Shown here: piece after piece, positions 26,863 to 36,382 of the stretch
Layout of the letters: every line of letters begins with the position of its first letter
Numbering within the stretch: position 1 is the stretch's first letter
Source of the DNA: Anaerolineales bacterium
GTDB lineage: Bacteria > Chloroflexota > Anaerolineae > 4572-78 > NAK82
Assembly: GCA_020343875.1 (NCBI GenBank)
Contig: CP070811.1
Location: 4,882,310 to 4,946,309, forward strand
Reading direction: 5' to 3'
Length of the DNA: 64,000 bases
Notes under the pieces: model-generated
Database searches by the model: none
What the model saw: the letters and a program-made list of their open reading frames with translations, nothing else
Told to the model about the DNA's origin: nothing
Made by a program: the position numbers and the translations under genes

Positions 26863-29453
26863 TTCGTGCTCCTCTTCTTCCGGGCAGTCGAGGGGGAGGC
26901 AGATCTTTTGCGCCTCGACCTGGCTTGGCTGGTTTTCGCCCTCGCGTCACTGCTAGGAGCACGAGAGGAGCTTTTTGAGCTGGCTGATTTGACCACTTCG
27001 GTCGTTTCTGGAGTCAGCACCAGCAGGGTCATCAACCTGTCACGTCCGCGGATGGCTACTACCTCTCTGCCTTGGGTGGCCCGGCCAGCCTTAGGCAGGC
27101 TACGGGCGTAAACGGCTTTGCTGTTACCTTTCTCCGATAACATCAAAAGACGGTCAGAGGCACTAGCCACCACACCGGCTGCCAGTTGGCCTGTCTTGGC
27201 TGACAAGTTAGCGGTAGCCACGCCCGCCCCATAGCGTCCCTGGGTAGGATACTCGCTCAGAGCGCTGCGCTTGCCGACTCCCATCTCGGAAATGACCACC
27301 ACATCGCCTCGGGGCCGGTAGAGTCCCATCCCCACCACCTTGTCATCTTGACCCATCTTCACCCCAAGCACCCCGCCTGCCGGCAACCCCATAGGCCGGA
27401 CATCCTCCTCAGAAAAGCGAATGGCCTGGCCGTTAGACACAATCAGGATCACCTCTTCTCGGCCGGCTGTGCGTACGGCCCAACCCAGCTCGTCTCCTTC
27501 GTCCAACTTCATCACCGTGATTTCAGCAGTGCGAGCGGCAACCAGATCAGCCAAAGCGATTCGCTTCACGCGCCCCCGGCGGCTGGTGAGGAAGAGGTAA
27601 CCAGGCGGAGCTTCGGCCTCATTCTCCATGGACAAAGCAGCCACCACCCTTGCTTCAAACGACAAGCCGGCCAGCTCCGCAACGGTCAGGCCCTCGCCGG
27701 GAGCAGAGCCTGGCGGAATCTGGTGTGCGGGCACCAAGATCGCCTTACCTCCCTCACTAAAGAGATACAGATTATCACGCGTATTAGCCACAGCTGCAGC
27801 CAGCAACTGGTCCTTGCGACGACCACGGACCGGGCCGACCCCCTGCTCGGCAGGCCAGCGGCAGGCCCGGCCGCTCCGGCTGACTGCCACAACGATGTTT
27901 TCCTCCGGCACCAGGTCACGGGTGGTGAAGTGCCCTTTCTCGCCAGCCACGATATGGGTTCTGCGCGGCGAGTCGTATTGTGTCTTGAGCTCCAGCAGAT
28001 CATCTTTAATGACACCCAGAATCTTTTTGGGACTGCGCAGCAGATTTTCCAGCTCTTTGATGCGCTTGAGTGTCTCTTTGTATTCGACCTCGATATTCTT
28101 GCGCTCCAGAGCAGCTAGCCGGCGCAGCGGCATGTTCAGAATCGCCTGAGCCTGGATTTCAGTCAGTTTGAACTTGCGTCGAAGGTTGCCACGAGCTGTG
28201 TCCACCGTACGTGAGGAGCGGATGGTGGCGATGACCTCATCCAGGCTAGCCAATGCTACCAGCAAACCCTCCAGCACATCGGCACGTTGACGGGACTTTT
28301 CCAACTCGTGGAGGCTGCGGCGAGTAATTATCTCCTGCCGATGCTCAATGAAAAGCTGCAAGGCCCGCTTAAGAGACAGGAGGCGCGGTTCGCCGTCCAC
28401 TAGAGCCAGCATATTCATACCGAAGGTCTGCTGCATTGGGGTCAATTTGAAGAGCTGCTGCAGCACCTGGCGTGGCTCCACAGTGCGAGTCAATTCAATG
28501 ACGATGCGCATGCCCTGGCGATCGCTTTCGTCGCGCAGGTCCGTGATGCCTTCGATCTTTCCATCCCGAACAATCTCAGCGATGCGCTCGATGAGGTTAG
28601 TCTTGTTAGTTTGATACGGGAGTTCAGTGATGACAATGCGATGCCGGTTGCGCGTCATCTCTTCGATGTGCGCATTGGCTTGCACTGTAAAGCGGCCACG
28701 CCCTACGGCGTACCCACTGCGGATGAGGTCAGCGCTTTCATCGCCTGCATCAGCCCCTTCCGCATAGCGGTAGACAATACCCCCGGTAGGAAAATCTGGC
28801 CCCTGCACAAACTGGAGCAAGTCTTCCACCGATACCGTGTCCGCTTTGCCCATCACCATCCGGCCAATCATAAAGACAAGGGCATCGCAGATTTCACCCA
28901 GGTTGTGAGGAGGCACGTTGGTCGCCATCGCCACGGCAATGCCCGAAGCGCCGTTAATCAGGAAATTCGGGAGCTTGGCAGGCAAAACTTTAGGCTCTGT
29001 CAGGCTGCCGTCGAAGTTCTCGACGAAATCCACTGTCTCTTTTTCGATGTCTGCCAGCATCTCCCGAGAGAGTGGGGTTAGGCGCGCCTCTGTGTATCGC
29101 ATGGCAGCAGGAGGATCACCATCAATCGACCCAAAGTTTCCCTGGCCATCGACCAACGAGGCGCGCATTGAGAAATCCTGTGCCATTCGGGCCATAGCCT
29201 CGTAGACCGCGGCATCTCCGTGGGGATGATACTTGCCCAGCACTTCACCCACAATCCGCGCGCTCTTCTTGTAAGCGGCGCCAGGGTGAAGCCCCATGTC
29301 ATGCATGGCATACAGAATACGGCGATGGACCGGCTTCAGTCCATCACGTACGTCTGGCAGAGCACGCGATACGATGACACTCATGGCGTAGTCCAAGTAC
29401 GCCTCTTGCATTTCTCTTTCAATGTCCACAAGCCGAACAGTACCAATTTCCAT
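26859..29453 (-). CDS. gyrA: DNA gyrase subunit A
   Basis: [32 protein letters not shown], the active-site region AAMRYTE, and a C-terminal beta-pinwheel. Start is uncertain: GTG 29465, ATG 29459 or ATG 29453. I chose 29453 because a GAGGA sits 5 nt upstream. Confidence 0.95.
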   Translation of the reverse strand: MEIGTVRLVDIEREMQEAYLDYAMSVIVSRALPDVRDGLKPVHRRILYAMHDMGLHPGAAYKKSARIVGEVLGKYHPHGDAAVYEAMARMAQDFSMRASLVDGQGNFGSIDGDPPAAMRYTEARLTPLSREMLADIEKETVDFVENFDGSLTEPKVLPAKLPNFLINGASGIAVAMATNVPPHNLGEICDALVFMIGRMVMGKADTVSVEDLLQFVQGPDFPTGGIVYRYAEGADAGDESADLIRSGYAVGRGRFTVQANAHIEEMTRNRHRIVITELPYQTNKTNLIERIAEIVRDGKIEGITDLRDESDRQGMRIVIELTRTVEPRQVLQQLFKLTPMQQTFGMNMLALVDGEPRLLSLKRALQLFIEHRQEIITRRSLHELEKSRQRADVLEGLLVALASLDEVIATIRSSRTVDTARGNLRRKFKLTEIQAQAILNMPLRRLAALERKNIEVEYKETLKRIKELENLLRSPKKILGVIKDDLLELKTQYDSPRRTHIVAGEKGHFTTRDLVPEENIVVAVSRSGRACRWPAEQGVGPVRGRRKDQLLAAAVANTRDNLYLFSEGGKAILVPAHQIPPGSAPGEGLTVAELAGLSFEARVVAALSMENEAEAPPGYLFLTSRRGRVKRIALADLVAARTAEITVMKLDEGDELGWAVRTAGREEVILIVSNGQAIRFSEEDVRPMGLPAGGVLGVKMGQDDKVVGMGLYRPRGDVVVISEMGVGKRSALSEYPTQGRYGAGVATANLSAKTGQLAAGVVASASDRLLMLSEKGNSKAVYARSLPKAGRATQGREVVAIRGRDRLMTLLVLTPETTEVVKSASSKSSSRAPSSDARAKTSQARSRRKRSASPSTARKKRSTK

Positions 29454-29475
29454 GAGCATCCTCACTTGTCAAAAG

Positions 29476-29506
29476 CAGAGGGGGCGATTACCTCACGCCC
29501 CCTCTG
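29476..29506 (-). terminator. 11-bp perfect GC-rich hairpin plus CUUUU, immediately upstream of the gyrA RBS
   Basis: CAGAGGGGGCG at 29476..29486 pairs with CGCCCCCTCTG at 29496..29506, with a 9-nt loop. On the minus strand it is followed by CTTTTGACAAGTGAGGATG. It lies about 180 nt downstream of the rpsU stop. Confidence 0.45.
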
Positions 29507-29684
29507 ACTAGATAGACCGATTGGATGTGGGTCGTCTCAGCGTGGACTTCGACGCTTCTAGACAAGACCTGCAAAGACGTCCCAACGTGCATCCGGTACC
29601 CTGTCACAAAACAATGACGAGACAAAGGCCGCACCCATAAAGGCTGAGTCTAACTAACCCAGATCACTTTGGCGGGGCACAGAG

Positions 29685-29894
29685 CTACCGACTCTGTCGT
29701 TTTGCCATCCGTCGCAGCATCTTGCGCCGCGCCTTGCGTGCCGCGCGTTGCTTCGCCAGGCGGCGCTGTTCGCTCTTGGAAACATACCAGCGTTTCTTAC
29801 GATAAGTGCTGAGAATGCGTCCTTTAACCACTTCCTTGCGGAATCGCTTCAGTAAGCTTTCTTGCGATTCACCCGGTCGCAATTTCACAGTCAT
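29685..29894 (-). CDS. rpsU: 30S ribosomal protein S21
   Basis: MTVKLRPGESQESLLKRFRKEV... basic 69-aa protein. An AAGGAGGTGA RBS precedes the ATG at 29894. I trimmed 33 codons from the track ORF. Confidence 0.9.
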   Translation of the reverse strand: MTVKLRPGESQESLLKRFRKEVVKGRILSTYRKKRWYVSKSEQRRLAKQRAARKARRKMLRRMAKRQSR

Positions 29895-30056
29895 TGTCTT
29901 GGTCTCACCTCCTTTCGTAACCGGGGGATCAACTTGAGAACCATAATGACTTGCACACAACTTTTTGGAAGCCTGCCTGCACCTGTGCCACACTGACCGG
30001 TGCAGTGACCAACCCTGGCCTGCCCACCCACGCAGGCCACAGGATGTACAGCCCTC

Positions 30057-33000
30057 CTAAATCATTTCGAGTTCATCGCCCTCGGCATCCTGCATATCTA
30101 GCTCTTCGGCTTCCCTGTACAAGTCGCCTTCCATAGCTTGGTCGAAGATGCCTTCCACATCCAAGTCAATGTCATCCTGACCGTTTCCCTGGCCGACGAT
30201 CACTTCTTCTTCGCGTTCTTTGTGCTGGTGATAACCCGTACCGGCAGGGATAAGCTTGCCAATGATAACATTCTCCTTAAGACCAAATAGTTCATCTTCC
30301 TTTCCTTCGATAGCAGCTTGCGCCAAAACGTTGATAGTATGCTGGAAAGACGCAGCTGACAGGAAGCTATCGGTATTGAGGGCGGCTTTGGTGATGCCCA
30401 ACAACACAGGCCGCCCGTTTGCAGGCCGCTTGCCAGCAGCGAGAAGTCGGTCATTCATCCTCTGAAACCTTAAGCGGTCAATCAGTTCACCTGGCAAATA
30501 GTCACTGTCGCCACTTGCGGTGATTCGAACTTTGCTGGTCATCTGGCGAACGATAAGCTCGATGTGTTTGTCGTGAATGGATACACCTTGCGAACGGTAG
30601 ACTCGTTGAACTTCCTCTAACATGTACACCTGCGCCGCTTCACGGCCCAAGATACGCAAGATGCGGTTGGGATTCTTGGAACCTTCAGTCAGCTGCTGCC
30701 CGGAGGTGACCCAGCTGCCAGGTTCGACGCGCAAGCGCGCTGCCGAAGCCACTTCGTATTGAAACTCATCTTTGTATTCCCCGCGAACGACTATTGTCCG
30801 CCCGTCTCGCTGAACCACCCCGGCGTGCTCGGCCAAAGTCTCTTTATCACCACGCTTGGCAAGCTGGGCACGTGCGGCGACTTCATCCCCGTCTTCCACC
30901 GAGATTGCCCAGTTACCGGGAACTTCATACACGTCCTCGCGCATCTCCGAAAAGGTCACCTTGAGCATACGCGCGCCATCTTCACTGGTCAGCAGCTCTA
31001 CACGCCCATCAATGTCAGAGATGATCGCTTCACCCTTGGGATTTCGAGCCTCAAAAAGCTCTTGAACCCGGGGCAAACCGTGGGTGATATCCTCGACACC
31101 TGCTACGCCACCCGTGTGAAAGGTTCGCAGTGTGAGCTGGGTTCCAGGCTCACCAATGGACTGTGCAGCGATAATGCCTACCGCTTCACCCACCTTCGCC
31201 AACCCTCCTCGGGCCAGGTCACGCCCGTAGCACATCGCACAAACGCCCTGCTCCAGCTCGCACACCAATGGAGTTCGCACGTACACATCAACCCCAGCCT
31301 TAAGGATAGCGTTTGCTTTGTCCTCCTCAATCATCTGGTCGCGATCAACGATGATCTCCCCCGTCTTCGGATCAACAACCGAGGCAGCGGCGAGGCGTCC
31401 TATAACACGCTCGTCCAAGGACTCGCCCATCCCCCTCGAGGAATCGGATTGAACCCACATGCCGGAATGGGTACCACAGTCAATGGCATTGACGATCAAG
31501 TCCTGTGCCACATCCACCAGCCGGCGGGTGAGGTATCCAGCGTCTGCGGTGCGCAACGCCGTATCGGCCAACCCTTTACGCGCGCCGTGGGTAGAGATAA
31601 AGTATTCTAGCGCAGTCAGGCCCTCCCGGAAATTGGAGCGGATCGGCAAAGGGATAATGCGGCCGGACGGGTCAGCCATCAAGCCACGCATCCCGGCCAA
31701 CTGGCGGATGGGCTGAAAGCCACCCTTGGTCGCACCTGAATCGGCCATAATGCGGATAGGGCTCTGCGCATCAATGGATTGGCGTACCGCTTCAGTTACA
31801 TCATCAGTTGCCTGGGTCCACAGTTCGACTGTCTTGACGTATTGCTCGTCTTCTGTAATAAGCCCACGCCGATACTGCTGCTCGACCTTCGCAACCTGCT
31901 GACTCACCTGCTCCAGAATCTCTTTCTTGATACTGGGCACCGTAATATCCGACACCGCAATTGTAGTGCCCGACTTGGTGGCATACTTAAAGCCAATGCT
32001 CTTAATGTCGTCCACCAGCTTGGAGGTTGCTTCTGAGCCCAGCTTCTGATAGCAGGTGCCCACCAAGTCCTGCAATTTGCCCTTTTCGAGCACTTCGTTA
32101 ACGTAGCGCAGCTCGTCGGGCAGGATCTGGTTGAAGAGCGCCCGGCCGACGGAAGTCTCGACAGGATACTTGCGGGCGATCCGTCTTTCCGTCACCTTCA
32201 TTACCTTGATTTTGGCATGCAGATCAACTTTGCCCAGGGCGTAGGCCAGGGCAACTTCGTCCAAGTCGGCGAAGACTTTTCCCTCCCCTCTCTGACCTTC
32301 TTCGGCCATCGTGAGGTAGTAGACGCCCAACACCATATCCTTGGTTGGACCCACCACCGGCTTACCGTTAGCTGGCAACAACAAGTTCTTGGTGGAGAAC
32401 ATCAGCTCACGGGCCTCTTCTACCGCCCTCCTTGACAAGGGAATGTGGACTGCCATCTGGTCACCATCAAAGTCAGCATTGAAAGCCGTGCACACCAAGG
32501 GGTGAATCTGGATGGCGTTGCCTTCGACCAGCACCGGCTCAAAAGCTTGGATGCCCAGCCGATGCAAGGTAGGCGCCCGGTTTAGCAGAATGGGACGGGT
32601 CTGGATAACCTCTTCCAATACTTCCCATACTTCAGGGCGTTGCTGCTCAACGATGCGCTTGGCTCCCTTGACATTGTTGGCATAGTTGTATTCCACCAGC
32701 TTCTGGATTACAAACGGGCGGAACAGCTCCAAGGCCATTCCCTTGGGCAAGCCAGCTTGATGCAATTCCAGGTCGGGGCCGATGACAATGACAGAGCGTC
32801 CCGAATAATCCACACGCTTGCCCAGCAGGTTGCGACGGAACCGTCCCTGCTTGCCCTTGAGCATATCGGAGAGTGATTTGAGCTGTCGTCTGCCCCGTGA
32901 CGAGACTGCTTTGCCACGGCGGCTATTGTCTATGAGGGAGTCTACCGCTTCCTGCAACATACGTTTTTCATTGCGCACAATAACGTCAGGCGCGCTTAGC

Positions 33001-34352
33001 TCCAACAATCGCTTCAGTCGATTATTGCGATTGATGACACGCCGATACAGATCGTTCAGATCACTGGTGGCAAAACGCCCACCGTCGAGCTGGACCATAG
33101 GCCGCAAATCGGGCGGGATGACAGGCAACACAGCCAGAATCATCCACTCCGGTCGATTCTTACACTTGCGCAACGATTCTACCACGCGCAACCGCTTAAC
33201 GGCTTTTTTCCGGACTTGCTTCGAGCGAGTGCTGCGAATCTGGGCACGTAACTCCTTGGCCAACCTGTCCAGATCCAATTCAACGCAGATATCACGCAAG
33301 GCCTCAGCGCCCATGCCCGCCTTAAATATATGCCCCCAACGTTCATCCAGATCACGGTATTGAACTTCGGTGAGGAAGTCCATCTGCTGGAAACTCAAAA
33401 GCTCGTCGCGCTGGTCTTCCAAACGCCCGCCCAGGTCAGTCAGCTCCTGCTCAGTCGTCCTTGCCAAATTGTCAATTTCTTGGTCGGTGGTAAAACGCAG
33501 ACGGTCAATTTCGGCCTCAATCACGTCTGTCTCTCGGGCCAACTCCTCCTCGATCTCGGCTTTGATCTCATTCAGCCGTTCCTCAACCATCTCGTTCAGT
33601 CTGACCAGGTGCTCCTGGCCTATCACGTCATCTACTTCGGCCACCGGGGTGTCAGCCTGTGTGAAGGCAACATGCTCAGTCAGCTTCATGCCCAGCTGCT
33701 TCTCCAGCTTCTGCTGAACTGACTGCGCATCCTTCATCACCGCCTCGATAGACTGGGTCTGCCGCTCATCAAGATGCTGCTGGATAGCTTTTTGCTTGTC
33801 GCGCAAGTTCTCGATTTGGCTGTCAAGCCCCTCACGCAAGGTGTCAATTTGCTCCTGCTGGGCCCGCTCCATGCGAGTCCGCTCACGACTGAGCTCCTCG
33901 TCGAGCCGCTTAAGCGCCTTCGCCCGCGCCTGTTCGTCAACCCGAGTGATGATGTACTGGGCAAAGTAAAGTACGCGATCCAAGTTACGCCGCGATATAT
34001 CAAGCAACAACCCTAGATAAGAAGGCACCCGCCGCGTATACCAGATGTGGGCCACGGGGGCCGCCAGCTCAATGTGTCCCATACGTTCTCGCCGCACGGC
34101 GGAACGTGTCACGAGTACCCCACACTTTTCGCAAGTAATGCCCTTGTAACGAATTTGCTTATACTTGCCACAATAACACTGCCAGTCCTTGGTGGGGCCG
34201 AAAATGGCTTCGCAGAAGAGCCCGTCTTTTTCAGGCCGCAATCTTCGGTAGTTGATCGTCTCTGGCTTGGTGACCTCACCATATGACCAACCGCGAATCT
34301 CCTCTGGTGAAGCTAAGCTGATGCGCAACGCGCGAAAGTCCTTTACTTCCAA
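30057..34352 (-). CDS. rpoC: DNA-directed RNA polymerase subunit beta-prime
   Basis: Zinc-binding [24 protein letters not shown], and trigger-loop/bridge-helix regions. Probable TTG start at 34352 (LEVKDF...) with a GGAGG 6 nt upstream; the track extends to 34391. Confidence 0.95.
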   Translation of the reverse strand: MEVKDFRALRISLASPEEIRGWSYGEVTKPETINYRRLRPEKDGLFCEAIFGPTKDWQCYCGKYKQIRYKGITCEKCGVLVTRSAVRRERMGHIELAAPVAHIWYTRRVPSYLGLLLDISRRNLDRVLYFAQYIITRVDEQARAKALKRLDEELSRERTRMERAQQEQIDTLREGLDSQIENLRDKQKAIQQHLDERQTQSIEAVMKDAQSVQQKLEKQLGMKLTEHVAFTQADTPVAEVDDVIGQEHLVRLNEMVEERLNEIKAEIEEELARETDVIEAEIDRLRFTTDQEIDNLARTTEQELTDLGGRLEDQRDELLSFQQMDFLTEVQYRDLDERWGHIFKAGMGAEALRDICVELDLDRLAKELRAQIRSTRSKQVRKKAVKRLRVVESLRKCKNRPEWMILAVLPVIPPDLRPMVQLDGGRFATSDLNDLYRRVINRNNRLKRLLELSAPDVIVRNEKRMLQEAVDSLIDNSRRGKAVSSRGRRQLKSLSDMLKGKQGRFRRNLLGKRVDYSGRSVIVIGPDLELHQAGLPKGMALELFRPFVIQKLVEYNYANNVKGAKRIVEQQRPEVWEVLEEVIQTRPILLNRAPTLHRLGIQAFEPVLVEGNAIQIHPLVCTAFNADFDGDQMAVHIPLSRRAVEEARELMFSTKNLLLPANGKPVVGPTKDMVLGVYYLTMAEEGQRGEGKVFADLDEVALAYALGKVDLHAKIKVMKVTERRIARKYPVETSVGRALFNQILPDELRYVNEVLEKGKLQDLVGTCYQKLGSEATSKLVDDIKSIGFKYATKSGTTIAVSDITVPSIKKEILEQVSQQVAKVEQQYRRGLITEDEQYVKTVELWTQATDDVTEAVRQSIDAQSPIRIMADSGATKGGFQPIRQLAGMRGLMADPSGRIIPLPIRSNFREGLTALEYFISTHGARKGLADTALRTADAGYLTRRLVDVAQDLIVNAIDCGTHSGMWVQSDSSRGMGESLDERVIGRLAAASVVDPKTGEIIVDRDQMIEEDKANAILKAGVDVYVRTPLVCELEQGVCAMCYGRDLARGGLAKVGEAVGIIAAQSIGEPGTQLTLRTFHTGGVAGVEDITHGLPRVQELFEARNPKGEAIISDIDGRVELLTSEDGARMLKVTFSEMREDVYEVPGNWAISVEDGDEVAARAQLAKRGDKETLAEHAGVVQRDGRTIVVRGEYKDEFQYEVASAARLRVEPGSWVTSGQQLTEGSKNPNRILRILGREAAQVYMLEEVQRVYRSQGVSIHDKHIELIVRQMTSKVRITASGDSDYLPGELIDRLRFQRMNDRLLAAGKRPANGRPVLLGITKAALNTDSFLSAASFQHTINVLAQAAIEGKEDELFGLKENVIIGKLIPAGTGYHQHKEREEEVIVGQGNGQDDIDLDVEGIFDQAMEGDLYREAEELDMQDAEGDELEMI

Positions 34353-34458
34353 GGTAAGCCTCCAAAGTCTCCAAGTCTGCAAATCTCCCAACCTGCAATG
34401 ACCCGCATCCTGCTAACGAAACACGGGGCGCCGCTAGTTGATTTGCCCATCACCGATG

Positions 34459-35334
34459 TCATAATTCACTAATGTAACGAGTCGTAGTAGCCAGGTTCTG
34501 ATGCCCCAACCGTTCGGAAACCAGCGCCAGGTCGCCCGTTCTGGCCAGCAATCGATTGGCGTAGGTACGACGCAAAGCCTGGGGTGATACACCCTCCAGC
34601 CCAGCAGCCCGGGCGCGGCTGCTCACAATACGTTGCACACTGCGTGCAGAAAGAGAGCGGCCTTCACGACTCAAGAACAGATGAGATTCTCCCTCAACAT
34701 TGGGGCGCACTGCCAGATATTCGTAAAGCACGTGTCGTACTTCGCCTTTCAGGGGAATCTCCCGAGTTACACCGTTCCGTCCATCCTTGATCAATAGGTG
34801 AGTACCAGGATGATCAAACCGGACGTCATCCAGGCGCAATTCCACTAATTCATTAACCCGTATTCCAGTGTGCAGCAAGAGCATAAGGATGGCTGTGGCA
34901 CGCCGTGCCAGACTGGGCTGCTCGCTCCCAGATACTTGGAGGAGTACTTCAACCTGTTTTCCGCTTAGCGGCGCGGTGCGAACACGGCCTTCATCCTGAA
35001 CCAGCTGGATTCCTTGGGCAGGATTAGAGTGTATCAGCCCTGCCCGCACGGCGAAAGCACCAAACTTGCGCAACGCCTGCAACCGCCGATTAATGGTGGC
35101 CGCAGCACACTGCTTCTCTTTCAGAAGGTGAGAACGATACCTCCGGATCAGATCAGGGCTAAGCGTCGCCAGTGAGAACTGTGGCCCAACGTAGTCCATG
35201 CCCCACCGCACAACAGCTCGCAAGTCAGCCAGATAATTAACGACTGTTGAAGGTGACAATTGCGTCAGGATCAGATGTTCTTCAAATTGGGACAGTAAGG
35301 CCTCGGCCGCGCCCTGGCTTGTCTGGGGGCTCAT
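34459..35334 (-). CDS. tyrosine site-specific recombinase (XerC/XerD-like integrase family)
   Basis: 291 aa. SAM-like N-terminal domain, then a catalytic domain with TGIRVNEL (Arg), LRRTYA (Arg), LGHQNLATTTRY (His, Tyr). It lies 67-106 nt upstream of rpoC on the same strand. Confidence 0.85.
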   Translation of the reverse strand: MSPQTSQGAAEALLSQFEEHLILTQLSPSTVVNYLADLRAVVRWGMDYVGPQFSLATLSPDLIRRYRSHLLKEKQCAAATINRRLQALRKFGAFAVRAGLIHSNPAQGIQLVQDEGRVRTAPLSGKQVEVLLQVSGSEQPSLARRATAILMLLLHTGIRVNELVELRLDDVRFDHPGTHLLIKDGRNGVTREIPLKGEVRHVLYEYLAVRPNVEGESHLFLSREGRSLSARSVQRIVSSRARAAGLEGVSPQALRRTYANRLLARTGDLALVSERLGHQNLATTTRYISEL

Positions 35335-35462
35335 AACGTAGCAAAAGACCGCTTAATCTACTAGCTTCTCAAGACACGACAAAAGGCGCCGACGTTAAGG
35401 GCGACGCCATCATTGCGTGCTTGCACAACTCTGGATTTTCAATCACTAGGAAACGACACGCT

Positions 35463-35491
35463 ATTATAGCATAATCCCGCACACCTGTCAA
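35463..35491 (-). promoter_or_regulatory. perfect consensus sigma70 promoter TTGACA-N17-TATAAT (minus strand)
   Basis: Minus-strand read: cacTTGACAggtgtgcgggattatgcTATAATagc. About 120 nt upstream of the recombinase start. No obvious promoter in the 34392..34458 gap before rpoC. Confidence 0.75.
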
Positions 35492-35677
35492 GTGGCATAT
35501 AATTATTGCGTATAACAAATCTCTCAGTCACGACTAGCCAGTAAACTCAGCAAAGGTTTAGAGCCCACCCCCGCCAATCATCTAGGCAGCCCGTACCGCA
35601 GACGGTGCCAGGGCAAGCCGAATTGAGTTATCTGGCATCGCAATTTCATGCTGCAGCCCATTTGAGAGGAGTCTCTT

Positions 35678-36382
35678 CTACAGCACTTTCTGTAGAAAAT
35701 CTGCCACAACACCCACCACTTCTGTCTCGTACCCGAAGAGGAAATGGTCAGCGCCGGACACGGCATGCACCATCGCGTCCCCCTTCAACCCTTGGGCGAA
35801 GGCATGCAAGTCGGGCAAGGGGCAAAACTGATCCCTTTCTCCAACGACCAACAACCAGGGGCGACAGTCGCTGATGGGGGGCAATGCCATCCAGGTGAGG
35901 GGCAACCCAATCAGAACCAAAGCACGAGCACGATCGTCGTGGATTGCATGACCCAAAGCCATCGTCGCACCAAAAGAATAGCCGACCAAAGCCACCCGAC
36001 CAGGATCCACCGCGGGTTGAGCACTCAGCCAATTAAAAGCTCCCGCTAAGTCATCCAGCTCACCCTGTCCATCATCAAAGCGCCCCCCACTATTGCCTAC
36101 ACCCCGGAAGTTAAAGCGTAGGGCCGCAATGCTAGCTTCGGCCAGCCTGAAGGCAATGGAGCGCACCAATGGCACCCTCATGGAGCCGCCAGACGGCGGG
36201 TAGGGATGACAAACTACAGCCGCTGGGAAAGGGCTGCGCCCGCTGGGTAGATGAAATCTGCCTTCTAATTTAATCGCGGGCTGGCCACTGGGAAATGTCA
36301 CGCACGACGTGTTCAAGCTACTCCACCGCCAGTTTGGCAACCGTAACCCCGTCGCCTCCCTCACCATCTTTACCAGACTCAC
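35678..36382 (-). CDS. alpha/beta hydrolase (short, YqiA/DUF-type esterase-like)
   Basis: 234 aa with GYSFGA nucleophile elbow and a C-terminal D..H. The track start overlaps the mutS2 3' end by 65 nt. An alternative GTG at 36301 would remove the overlap, so the start is uncertain. Confidence 0.7.
   Translation of the reverse strand: MSLVKMVREATGLRLPNWRWSSLNTSCVTFPSGQPAIKLEGRFHLPSGRSPFPAAVVCHPYPPSGGSMRVPLVRSIAFRLAEASIAALRFNFRGVGNSGGRFDDGQGELDDLAGAFNWLSAQPAVDPGRVALVGYSFGATMALGHAIHDDRARALVLIGLPLTWMALPPISDCRPWLLVVGERDQFCPLPDLHAFAQGLKGDAMVHAVSGADHFLFGYETEVVGVVADFLQKVL

Noticed and set aside
26352-29700. A replication origin (DnaA-box cluster) near gyrA
   Set aside because: No TTATCCACA-like 9-mers cluster in any intergenic region here, and dnaA and dnaN are absent from the window.
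30759-31610. 283-aa plus-strand ORF inside rpoC (similar cases: 32818..33363, 33330..33722, 40109..40972 inside hutH, 27348..28149 inside gyrA, 43008..43574 inside aor)
   Set aside because: These are antisense shadows of strongly recognised housekeeping genes. They have no motifs and no RBS.
34459-35334. The tyrosine recombinase as a marker of an integrated mobile element or prophage
   Set aside because: There are no flanking direct repeats, tRNA target, excisionase, or phage or conjugation genes. The neighbours are core genes (rpoC, mutS2). I therefore call it a chromosomal Xer-like recombinase rather than a mobile element.
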